A stretch of DNA of 37,208 bases, from positions 1 to 37,208 of the forward strand of contig JBKOXW010000052.1 in NCBI GenBank assembly GCA_046744115.1. Reading direction: 5' to 3'. This stretch comes from Actinomycetota bacterium. Lineage in GTDB: Bacteria; Actinomycetota; Actinomycetes; Mycobacteriales; CADCTP01. Below the pieces are notes generated by a model, which was not told where the DNA came from, did not search any database, and saw only the letters and a list, made by a program, of their open reading frames with translations. Position numbers and translations under genes: made by a program. This document shows, piece by piece, positions 9,393 to 17,511 of this stretch (positions within the stretch are counted from its first letter, which is position 1; every line of letters begins with the position of its first letter).

Positions 9393-10676
9393 TCAGTCGC
9401 GGGGGTCGTCGGGATCGAGGCCGTGCAGGGGGTAGACGGCCCGCCGCGTCGCGGCGATGGCCCGGTCCAGCGGCGTGTCGCCGCCGGGCTGCCATGGCAC
9501 GTACGCAGGCCCGGGCGGCGCACCGGTCGCTATCTCGCCGCCCGGCTCGGGGGCGTCCGGGTCGAGCGGAGTGGCGAGGAGCCCCTGGGCGTCGTCCGGA
9601 TCGACGCCGCCGATCAGCTCGGTCATCAGCGTCGGGGGCGTGGTGCGCAGGCCGTACCGGCGAACCTCGTCCGCCCACTCCGGCGGGATCCGGGTCTCCG
9701 GCGGCACCGGCGCGCCGGCCACCTCGCCGAGCAGGAACGTCCACGACCGGGGCACGCACCGGACCAGGCCGTAACCCCCGCCGCCGAGGGCGAGCCAGCG
9801 TCCCCCGGACAGCTCGTGGGCCAGCGCGTGCAGCGCCGCGTACCCGGCGCGCTGCCCGTCCACGGTCAGCGCCAGGTCGGCGAGCGGATCCTCGCGATGC
9901 GTGTCGCAGCCGCACTGGCTGACCAGCACCTGCGGCCGGAAGGCGCGCAGCAGGCCGGGTACCATCGCGTGGAACGCCCGCAGCCAGCCGGCGTCTGCCG
10001 TGCCCGGCGGCAGCGCGACGTTCACCGCGCTGCCCACGCCGTCGCCGGTGCCCACCTCGTCCGGAAAGCCGGTGCCGGGGAAGAGCGACAGCGGGCTCTG
10101 GTGCAGGCTGATCGTGAGCACCCGCGGGTCGTCGTAGAACGCGGCCTGCACCCCGTCGCCGTGGTGCACGTCGATGTCGACGTATGCGATCCGGTCCGCG
10201 CCGCGTTCGAGCAGCCACGCGATCGCGATGGCCGCGTCGTTGTAGACGCAGAAGCCGGACGCGCGCGCGCGCATGGCGTGGTGCAGGCCGCCGGCGATGT
10301 TCGCGGCGTGCTGGACCTCGCCGTCCCAGACCTGCCGCGCGGCCAGCACGCTGCCGCCCGCGATCAGCGCCGACGCCTCGTGCATCCGCGGGAAGATCGG
10401 GTTGTCCGGGGTGCCGAGGCCGACCTCGGCCGCAGCCCACGGGTCGTCCGGGGCGCGGCGGACCGCGGCCAGGTAGGAGCCGTCGTGGACGAGCATGAGC
10501 AGGGCGTCGTCGGCGGGCTCCGGGGTGAGCACGCGGACCTGCGGCCGGTCGAGCACGCCGAGCGAGCGGGCCAGGGACATGGTCAGTGCCAGCCGCACCG
10601 GGTGCAGCGGATGGTCCTCGCCGAGGTCGTAGTCGAGGTAGCCGTCGTCCCAGACGACCGCCGCGGCATCGCTCAC
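9393..10676 (-). CDS. acuC: Acetoin utilization protein AcuC (Zn-dependent HDAC-family deacetylase)
   Basis: HPLHPVRL, GGLHHA, SGFCVYND, DIDVHHGDG, FPGTG, GCDTHREDPL, GGGGY. TACGGT-N6-GTG leaderless start. Confidence 0.92.
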   Translation of the reverse strand: MSDAAAVVWDDGYLDYDLGEDHPLHPVRLALTMSLARSLGVLDRPQVRVLTPEPADDALLMLVHDGSYLAAVRRAPDDPWAAAEVGLGTPDNPIFPRMHEASALIAGGSVLAARQVWDGEVQHAANIAGGLHHAMRARASGFCVYNDAAIAIAWLLERGADRIAYVDIDVHHGDGVQAAFYDDPRVLTISLHQSPLSLFPGTGFPDEVGTGDGVGSAVNVALPPGTADAGWLRAFHAMVPGLLRAFRPQVLVSQCGCDTHREDPLADLALTVDGQRAGYAALHALAHELSGGRWLALGGGGYGLVRCVPRSWTFLLGEVAGAPVPPETRIPPEWADEVRRYGLRTTPPTLMTELIGGVDPDDAQGLLATPLDPDAPEPGGEIATGAPPGPAYVPWQPGGDTPLDRAIAATRRAVYPLHGLDPDDPRD

Positions 10677-10842
10677 CCGTCGACCGTAGCGGCATCGTGC
10701 CCCGCTCGAGGTCGGCGGTCGCGACGGCGTCGTCGCGGCACGCGCGGTCGCGGCAGGCGCCGTGGCGGCGATGCGTCGGCGGGCACCGCATAGGCTATGG
10801 TCCCGGCCCGGACGGCGCCGACGAGGCAGGGAGGACGTGTCC

Positions 10843-11355
10843 ATGATCCGACGCGCCCTGGTGGCGCTGGCCGCATTGCTGGCCTGCGGCGTGGCCACCG
10901 GTTGCGGTGAGACGATCCCGGGCACCGGCACTCTGGCGGCCGACGCCGAGCGGCCGTCGTCGACGCCGTCGCCGTCCAGGGAATCCTCGTCCGACCTCAA
11001 CGAGGTGTGCCGGGCCCTGGACCCGGGCGCTCTGCGCGCGCGGATCGGCTCGCGCGTGGAGCTGGCGGACTCGCGTGAGAACGGCTGCAAGGTCACCGGT
11101 GCCGACGGGCGGTCCGTGGTGGTCTCCGTCTTCGACTACCTCACGCTCACCGAGTACAAGCGCGGCGAGTTCGAGGAGCTGACCATCGCCGAGCACCCGG
11201 CGATCCGCACCTCGACGAACATCGTCTACGTGGCACGGGCCACCGACCCCGGAGCCGAGGGGCTGATCGGGGCGTACTTCCCCGAGCTCGGTGAGGGCGG
11301 CCATGAGGTCGCGGTGGTGCTGCTGGAGCAGCTGCTTGCCACGTTCGGCAAGTGA
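10843..11355 (+). CDS. Putative lipoprotein (DUF3558-like)
   Basis: Signal peptide with lipobox ATGC, S/P-rich linker, two further Cys; GGAGG RBS. Confidence 0.6.
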   Translation: MIRRALVALAALLACGVATGCGETIPGTGTLAADAERPSSTPSPSRESSSDLNEVCRALDPGALRARIGSRVELADSRENGCKVTGADGRSVVVSVFDYLTLTEYKRGEFEELTIAEHPAIRTSTNIVYVARATDPGAEGLIGAYFPELGEGGHEVAVVLLEQLLATFGK

Positions 11356-11393
11356 CCGCCGGCGCGGGCCCACCCTCCGGCGACGGCCCGGTC

Positions 11394-11415
11394 TGTCGGT
11401 CTGCGGACGTAGCAT
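11394..11415 (+). promoter_or_regulatory. PafBC/RecA-NDp-type promoter TGTCGG-N10-TAGCAT upstream of ideR
   Basis: Exact match to TGTCGG-N10-TANNNT, ending 23 nt before the TTG start. Confidence 0.6.
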
Positions 11416-11438
11416 CGACCTGACAGCCGGAGGGGCCC

Positions 11439-12140
11439 TTGAGCCATCACAGCGATTTGATCGATACGACCGAGATGTACCTCCGCACGGTGTACGAGCT
11501 TGAGGAGGAGGGCATCGTCCCGCTGCGTGCCCGAATCGCCGAGCGGCTCAAGCAGAGCGGACCGACGGTGAGCCAGACGGTGGCCCGGATGGAACGCGAC
11601 GGGCTGCTCACCGTGGAGGGCGACCGGCACCTGGAGCTGACCACGGCCGGGCGGCGGCAGGCGATCGCCGTGATGCGCAAGCACCGTCTAGCCGAGTGCC
11701 TGCTCGTGGACGTGATCGGCCTGGAGTGGGAGCAGGTCCACATCGAGGCGTGCCGGTGGGAGCACGTCATGTCGGAGGCGGTCGAGCGGCGGATCCTGGT
11801 CCTGCTCGGCGGTCCGACGCAGTGCCCGCACGGCAACCCGATCCCCGGCCTCACCGAGCTCGGCGCCAGCCAGGCCGCGGCCGCGGCGTCGGGCCTGGCC
11901 GGGCTCACGACGATGAAGGACGCCGCGCGCCCCGGCGGAGCGACGGTCGTGGTCCGCCGGATCAGCGAGCAGCTGCAGCCCGACGCCGAGATCATGCGGC
12001 AGCTACGGCAGGCGGGCATCCAGCCCGGGCGATCGGTGGCGGTGGGGACCGCCGAGCGTGGCGTCCTGGTGGACACCGACGGTCGCAGCACCGGCGTGGA
12101 CGACCTGATCGCCATGCACGTCTTTGTCTCCGCCGGCTGA
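11439..12140 (+). CDS. ideR: DtxR/IdeR iron-dependent repressor
   Basis: [55 protein letters not shown] and an SH3-like tail; GGAGG RBS. Confidence 0.93.
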   Translation: MSHHSDLIDTTEMYLRTVYELEEEGIVPLRARIAERLKQSGPTVSQTVARMERDGLLTVEGDRHLELTTAGRRQAIAVMRKHRLAECLLVDVIGLEWEQVHIEACRWEHVMSEAVERRILVLLGGPTQCPHGNPIPGLTELGASQAAAAASGLAGLTTMKDAARPGGATVVVRRISEQLQPDAEIMRQLRQAGIQPGRSVAVGTAERGVLVDTDGRSTGVDDLIAMHVFVSAG

Positions 12141-12244
12141 CTCGAGCCCCGCCTCGGCCGCTGCCGGGCGTGGCCGGTTAGGGTCGTCGCACCGGTCCGA
12201 CCCGCACCGATCCACCCGCCACTGAATTGGGGGAGGCCCGCACC

Positions 12245-14377
12245 ATGGCCCCTCAGCGTCCCGTCAGCGAGGACGGCGCCGCGGACAGCTCCGCTCGCTC
12301 GTCCGACCACGGCGAGCCGGCGGCGGTCGCGACAGGCGGCGGGTCGAACGGTCCGCCGACCGCTTTTCAGGAGCTGACGACGTACGTGGCGCTCCCGCGG
12401 CTGTCCGGCCTCGCCATCTCGCCCGCTGGCGACCGCCTCGTCACCGGCGTGGACACACCGTCCGCCGACGGCAAGAAGTACGCGACCGCGCTGTGGGAGA
12501 TCGACCCGAGCGGCGAGCGGCCGCCGCGCCGGCTGACCCGCTCGGCGCCCGGCGAGGCGCAGCCCGCCTTCCTGCCCGACGGCACGCTGCTGTTCACCTC
12601 GAAGCGGCCGGACGCCGAGGCGAAGCCGGGCGACGACGACAGCGACGAGGAGGCCGCGCTGTGGGCCCTGCCCCCCGGCGGCGGCGAGGCCCGCCGGGTC
12701 GCGAGCCGGCCAGGTGGCATCGCCGAGGTGGCGGTCGCGCGAGACGCCGGCGACGTCGCGTTCACCGCACCCGTGCTGCCCGGGACGACCGGTGCGGAGG
12801 AGGACGAGCGCCGCCGTAAGGACCGCAAGGACGCCGGCGTGTCGGCGATCCTGCACGAGCGGCGTCCCGTCCGGTACTGGGACCGCGACCTCGGCCCGGC
12901 CGAGCTCCGGATCTTCGCCGGCGCGATGCACCCGGGCGACGACGGGCGTCTCGACCAGCCGCGGGATCTCACGCCGGCACCGGACGGCCGCTTCGATGAG
13001 GGGCTCGCAGTGTCCCCCGACGGCCGCGCCGTGGCCCTTCCGGTGCGGCTGGACGATCCAGACGTCGTCGACCGGTGGGCGGTCTCCGTCCTGGACACCG
13101 GCACGGGCCGGCGCATCCGGCTCGTGGAGGAGCCGGCGACGTTCTTCGCCGAGCCGGCCTTCGCCCCCGATGGTGCGGCGCTGGTGTGCGTCCGGCAGGG
13201 CATGGGCGGCTGGGACGAGCCGTCGGACTGCACGCTGCTGCTCATCGACCTCGGCACCGGCCAGCAGCGCCACCTTCTGCCGGACCGGGCGCTCTGGCCG
13301 CACTCCCCGGTGTTCTCGCCCGATGGTGGGGCGGTCTTCTTCGTCTCCGACGAGCAGGGTCATGCCCCCGTGTACCGGCTCGACCTGGCCGGCGGGTCGC
13401 TGACGCGGCTCACCGGCGGCGGCGCCTACTCCGACCTGGCGGTCACGGCGGACGGCTCCGCCCTGTACGCGCTCCGGTCCGCGGTCGACGCGCCGCCGGC
13501 ACCGGTCCGACTCGATCCACGCGCGGCCGACCAGGACCCGGTGCGGCTGCCGACCCCGGGCGACGTCGGCCCGCTGCCCGGCACCGTGACCGAGCTCCGC
13601 ACCACCGCCGACGACGGCGTGCCGCTGCGCGGGTGGCTGGCGCTGCCGGCGGGCGCGTCGGCGACCACGCCGGCCCCGCTGCTGCTGTGGATCCACGGCG
13701 GCCCGCTCGCCAGTTGGAACGCGTGGTCCTGGCGGTGGAACCCGTGGCTGGCCGTGGCCCGCGGCTACGCCGTCCTGCTGCCGGACCCGGCGCTGTCGAC
13801 CGGCTACGGGATGGATTTCATCCGGCGCGGCTGGGGCGCGTGGGGGCAGCGGCCGTTCACCGACCTGATGTCGATCACCGACGCCGCCTGTGCCCGCGAC
13901 GACATCGACGACAGCCGGACCGGAGCGATGGGCGGCTCGTTCGGCGGCTACATGGCCAACTGGGTGGCCACCCAGACCGACCGGTTCCGCGCCATCGTCA
14001 CGCACGCCAGCCTGTGGGACCTCGACCAGTTCGCGGGCACGACGGACGAGCCGTCGTACTGGCGGCGCGAGTTCGGCGACCCACTGGGGACGCGGGAGAG
14101 ATACCAGGCGAACTCGCCGCACCTGCGCGTCGCCGACATCCGGACGCCGATGCTGGTCATCCACGGCGACAAGGACTACCGGGTGCCCATCGGCGAGGCA
14201 CTGCGGCTGTGGTGGGACCTCGGCAGGGCCTCGGTACCCGCGAAGTATCTCTACTTCCCGGACGAGAACCACTGGATCCTCACGCCGGGGCACGCCCGGG
14301 TCTGGTACGAGACCGTGTTCGCCTTTCTCGGCCAGCACGTGCTCGGCAAGGAGTGGGAGCGGCCCGCCCTGCTCTGA
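12245..14377 (+). CDS. S9 (prolyl oligopeptidase/acylaminoacyl peptidase) family serine peptidase
   Basis: Propeller repeats; WIHGGP, GGSFGG nucleophile, HGDKDYRVP, PDENH. Confidence 0.92.
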   Translation: MAPQRPVSEDGAADSSARSSDHGEPAAVATGGGSNGPPTAFQELTTYVALPRLSGLAISPAGDRLVTGVDTPSADGKKYATALWEIDPSGERPPRRLTRSAPGEAQPAFLPDGTLLFTSKRPDAEAKPGDDDSDEEAALWALPPGGGEARRVASRPGGIAEVAVARDAGDVAFTAPVLPGTTGAEEDERRRKDRKDAGVSAILHERRPVRYWDRDLGPAELRIFAGAMHPGDDGRLDQPRDLTPAPDGRFDEGLAVSPDGRAVALPVRLDDPDVVDRWAVSVLDTGTGRRIRLVEEPATFFAEPAFAPDGAALVCVRQGMGGWDEPSDCTLLLIDLGTGQQRHLLPDRALWPHSPVFSPDGGAVFFVSDEQGHAPVYRLDLAGGSLTRLTGGGAYSDLAVTADGSALYALRSAVDAPPAPVRLDPRAADQDPVRLPTPGDVGPLPGTVTELRTTADDGVPLRGWLALPAGASATTPAPLLLWIHGGPLASWNAWSWRWNPWLAVARGYAVLLPDPALSTGYGMDFIRRGWGAWGQRPFTDLMSITDAACARDDIDDSRTGAMGGSFGGYMANWVATQTDRFRAIVTHASLWDLDQFAGTTDEPSYWRREFGDPLGTRERYQANSPHLRVADIRTPMLVIHGDKDYRVPIGEALRLWWDLGRASVPAKYLYFPDENHWILTPGHARVWYETVFAFLGQHVLGKEWERPALL

Positions 14378-14491
14378 CCACCGGGCGGTTGACCGCCGGC
14401 AGCCGGTACCGGCCGGTAGAATCGGCACGTCCTCGCGAGCCGACGCCGTCTCGCCCAGCGCGAGCGGCCAGTCGAGCTCGGGAGGTGTCTC

Positions 14492-15967
14492 ATGGTCGCC
14501 AACCAGTGGGGGTTCCTGCGGCATGCCCGCAGGGAGGCGCCGAAGCGCCCAATCCCCGAGCGGCTGCGGGACTGGCTGCCCGTCTACACCCGGCCCGCCG
14601 GCGAGGACGTCCGCGTGCAGGCCAGCCGGTGCATGGACTGTGGCGTCGCGTTCTGCCACGCCGGCTGTCCGCTCGGCAACCTGATCCCGGAGTGGAACGA
14701 GCTGGTCGCCGACGACGACTGGCGGTCGGCGATCGAGAGGTTGCACGCGACGAACAACTTCCCCGAGTTCACCGGCTGGCTCTGCCCCGCGCCGTGCGAG
14801 GCGGCGTGCGTGCTCGCCATCAACGACGACCCGGTCGCGATCAAGCAGGTCGAGCTCGCCATCATCGACCGGGCGTTCGACGAGGGCTGGGTCCGGCCCC
14901 AGCCGCCGTCGAGCAGGTCCGGGCGACGCGTCGCCGTCGTCGGGTCCGGACCCGCCGGCCTGGCCTGCGCCCAGCAGCTCACCCGGGCCGGCCACGAGGT
15001 GGTCGTCTACGAGCGGTCGGACCGGCTCGGCGGCCTGCTCCGGTACGGCATCCCGGACTTCAAGATGCCCAAGCGGCTCCTCGACCGCCGCCTGCGCCAG
15101 CTCGGCGACGAGGGCACCGACCTCAGGACCGGCGTGGAGGTGGGCGGCCCGGACGGGCTCGACGCCCGCCAGCTGCGGTCCGACGTCGACGTCGTTGTCC
15201 TCGCCGGCGGTGCGCTGCAGCCGCGCGAGCTTGAGCTGCCGGGCCGGACGCTGTCCGGCGTGCACCAGGCGATGGACTACCTGCCGCAGGCGAACCGGCT
15301 GCGCACCGGCGATCGGCCGGCCACGGCGATCACGGCGGCCGGCAAGCGGGTCGTGATCATCGGTGGGGGTGACACGGCCGCGGACTGCCTGGGCACCGCC
15401 AACCGCGAGGGTGCGGTCTCCGTCGTGCAGCTCGACCACAACCAGCGGCCTCCGGACGCGCGCAACCCGATGACGAACCCGTGGCCGCAGTGGCCGAAGG
15501 TGCACAAGGTCTCGCCAGCGCACGAGGAGGGTGTGGTGGAGGCGTGGGCACGGGAGGCCGTCAGCTTCCATGGCGACGCCGACGGGCAGGTCCGGGCGGT
15601 GCGCACGGCGCGGGTCGAGGCCGTTCGGGTGGACGGCCGGCGAACGTTCCGCCGGGTGTCGGGGACCGAGCAGGAGCTGGCTTGCGACCTGGTCCTGCTC
15701 GCCGCCGGCTTCCTCGGCACCGAGCCCGGCTCGGCGCTGAACGACCTGGGTGTCGAGGTCGACGCCGACCGTGGCACCGTGCACGTCGACCGCCAGTGGC
15801 GCACCACCGCAGACGGGGTCTTCGCCTGTGGCGACGCCGCCCGTGGTGCCAGCCTGGTGGTGTGGGCGATCGCGGAGGGTCGCGCGTGCGCGGCCGCCGT
15901 CGACGCGGCCCTGATGGGCGGAAGCGATCTCCCCGCGCCGGTGGTGCCCGGGACGCGACCGCTCTGA
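14492..15967 (+). CDS. gltD: Glutamate synthase small subunit (GltD-type Fe-S flavoprotein)
   Basis: RCMDCGVAFCH.GCPLGN, TNNFPEFTG.LCPAPCE.AC, GSGPAG, IIGGGDT..DC, GDA.RGASLVVWAI.EGR. Confidence 0.9.
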   Translation: MVANQWGFLRHARREAPKRPIPERLRDWLPVYTRPAGEDVRVQASRCMDCGVAFCHAGCPLGNLIPEWNELVADDDWRSAIERLHATNNFPEFTGWLCPAPCEAACVLAINDDPVAIKQVELAIIDRAFDEGWVRPQPPSSRSGRRVAVVGSGPAGLACAQQLTRAGHEVVVYERSDRLGGLLRYGIPDFKMPKRLLDRRLRQLGDEGTDLRTGVEVGGPDGLDARQLRSDVDVVVLAGGALQPRELELPGRTLSGVHQAMDYLPQANRLRTGDRPATAITAAGKRVVIIGGGDTAADCLGTANREGAVSVVQLDHNQRPPDARNPMTNPWPQWPKVHKVSPAHEEGVVEAWAREAVSFHGDADGQVRAVRTARVEAVRVDGRRTFRRVSGTEQELACDLVLLAAGFLGTEPGSALNDLGVEVDADRGTVHVDRQWRTTADGVFACGDAARGASLVVWAIAEGRACAAAVDAALMGGSDLPAPVVPGTRPL

Positions 15968-15984
15968 CCGCACCTGCCGGCCGA

Positions 15985-17094
15985 TCACCGTCGCCTCCCG
16001 CCGGTCCGCGCTGACCACGGCTCCGCGGGCTGGCGCAGCCGGGGCACCCGACGCGGGTCCACCGCGCTGTCGAGCAGCTGCAGCAGCATCGTCGCGGCGT
16101 GACAGCCCGGGTCGCTGTCCAGCGCCCGCACGACGGCCACCCGGGCCAGTGCGCCGTCGCCGCGCCGCCAGGCCGACCACGCCAGCAGGAACAGCGGCGG
16201 CGCGTCGTAGGGCGCGGGCGCGTGCCGGGCCAGCCACGTCCAGAGCACCGGCGCGGGCATCGGGTTCATCCGCTCCAGCGCCAGCCAGCAGACGTCCCGC
16301 AGGGGAACGTCGACAAGCGCGACGAGCAGCCGCGCCGCCTCGTCGGCATCGAGATCGCACGGCGCCCCCGCCTCGCCGTCCGCCTGGCCCGTCACGAGCG
16401 TCCGGAGGCGTCGCCGCATCACCGCGCGCCAGCCGGCGATGCCGCCCGCCGCCGACACGGCATCGACGAACCCCAGCTCGGCACGCTCCACGGCGCGATG
16501 CAGGCTCGCCTCGACCGCATCGCCGGGCGGCTCCAGGCTCCGCTCCAGCGCCTGCCGGTCGGGAAGGGCGGCCAGTCCGGCGGCGGCGGCCGCGCGGGCC
16601 AGCGGCGACCCGCCCGAACCCGCCGGGGGCACCACATGGCCGTCCGGCGGGCAGCAGGTCGGGTCCACGCACACGTACGACCACAGCCGCCCGTCGGCGA
16701 CGTGCAGCGCGTCGCGCAGAGCGATGCTGGCGTCCGCCAGCGCGTCGCGCAGGCGGAGAAACAGCCGCCACTCCGGCAGCCGGTCACCGGCCTGCACCGA
16801 GCCGCCGTAGACCACGACGACGACCTCGGCGGCACCCTGCCGTCGCAGCTGCGCGGCGAGCGCGCCGGGGAAGCCACGGTCACGGCGGACGTCGGCGAGG
16901 TCGACCCGCATGGTCAGCAGCACCTGCCCGGTCGGCGGCCCCAGAGCGACCACGACCAGGCTTGCCGCTGGGTGGAAACCGAGCAGGTACGGCAGGATCT
17001 CGACCAGGTCGCGCGGGCTGCGCACGCGCAGCGCCGCGGGGGCGGGAGTCGCTGGGACCGGGGCGTCGGCGACGGCGGCTCGCTGCTCGGGCAT
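15985..17094 (-). CDS. DUF4192 family protein
   Basis: LPYLLGFHP..SLV, MRVDL, WSYVC.DP.CCPPDG, RD..W, A..AWRRGDG..A ... A..LL. Confidence 0.85.
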   Translation of the reverse strand: MPEQRAAVADAPVPATPAPAALRVRSPRDLVEILPYLLGFHPAASLVVVALGPPTGQVLLTMRVDLADVRRDRGFPGALAAQLRRQGAAEVVVVVYGGSVQAGDRLPEWRLFLRLRDALADASIALRDALHVADGRLWSYVCVDPTCCPPDGHVVPPAGSGGSPLARAAAAAGLAALPDRQALERSLEPPGDAVEASLHRAVERAELGFVDAVSAAGGIAGWRAVMRRRLRTLVTGQADGEAGAPCDLDADEAARLLVALVDVPLRDVCWLALERMNPMPAPVLWTWLARHAPAPYDAPPLFLLAWSAWRRGDGALARVAVVRALDSDPGCHAATMLLQLLDSAVDPRRVPRLRQPAEPWSARTGGRRR

Positions 17095-17142
17095 GCGGCC
17101 ACGATCTCCGGCCGGCCAGCCGCCGGACAGGGCCGCGGGGCA

Positions 17143-17172
17143 ATCTGTGGACGAGTGTTGCGCCTGTGGACG
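17143..17172 (-). promoter_or_regulatory. Tandem direct-repeat operator (plus strand ATCTGTGGACG-N8-GCCTGTGGACG), copy 1, upstream of DUF4192
   Basis: 22 of 22 conserved positions match 20965-20994, with the same spacing and the same 49-nt offset from the start codon. Confidence 0.65.
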
Positions 17173-17247
17173 GCCGGTTGACAGATCGGCGCGGAGTGGC
17201 TATCTAACGGGCCGGTCCCCGCGGCGAGTGTGTGTCAGGCGACGAGC

Positions 17248-17284
17248 GCTTGTCAGATGCTCTGTGCTTGTCAGCTGCTCTGTG
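17248..17284. repeat. 18-bp tandem repeat GCTTGTCAG(A/C)TGCTCTGT x2, plus a degenerate third TGTCAG at 17233
   Basis: TGTCAG at 17233, 17251 and 17269 (period 18). Confidence 0.7.
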
Positions 17285-17474
17285 TTGACGTCCGCTCGAC
17301 GACCGCGTCCGGCCCCGGGAACACCAGCGCCTCGTGCCCGTCGTCGAACCGGACCAGGTACGGCGGCGCACCGTCCGCCCCGCGGACGTCGACGATCTGA
17401 CCCGTCCGCTCCGGCTGGCCGACCGTGTGACCGTGCACGTGTAGCCGGTCACCGACCATCGCCTGCATGGTCAT
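17271..17474 (-). CDS. DUF1918 family small protein
   Basis: MQA.VGDRL.VHG.TVGQP.R.G.IV.VRG.DG.PPY.VRF.DGHE.LVFPGPDA; GGAGG RBS. Confidence 0.9.
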   Translation of the reverse strand: MTMQAMVGDRLHVHGHTVGQPERTGQIVDVRGADGAPPYLVRFDDGHEALVFPGPDAVVERTSTQSS

Positions 17475-17511
17475 GCACCTCCTCCACGGTGGACCCTCGC
17501 ACCCAAGGGTG

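Noticed and set aside
6029-9922. 1297-aa plus-strand ORF
   Set aside because: Shadow frame, mostly antisense to the acetyltransferase gene; low-complexity R/G/A/P sequence typical of high-GC DNA
12178-12196. TTAGGGT... downstream of ideR as an IdeR/DtxR box
   Set aside because: Only one half-site matches the 19-bp palindrome; more likely the -10 (TAGGGT) of the peptidase promoter
11447-16771. 1774-aa minus-strand ORF
   Set aside because: Antisense shadow of ideR, the S9 peptidase and gltD; no domain motifs
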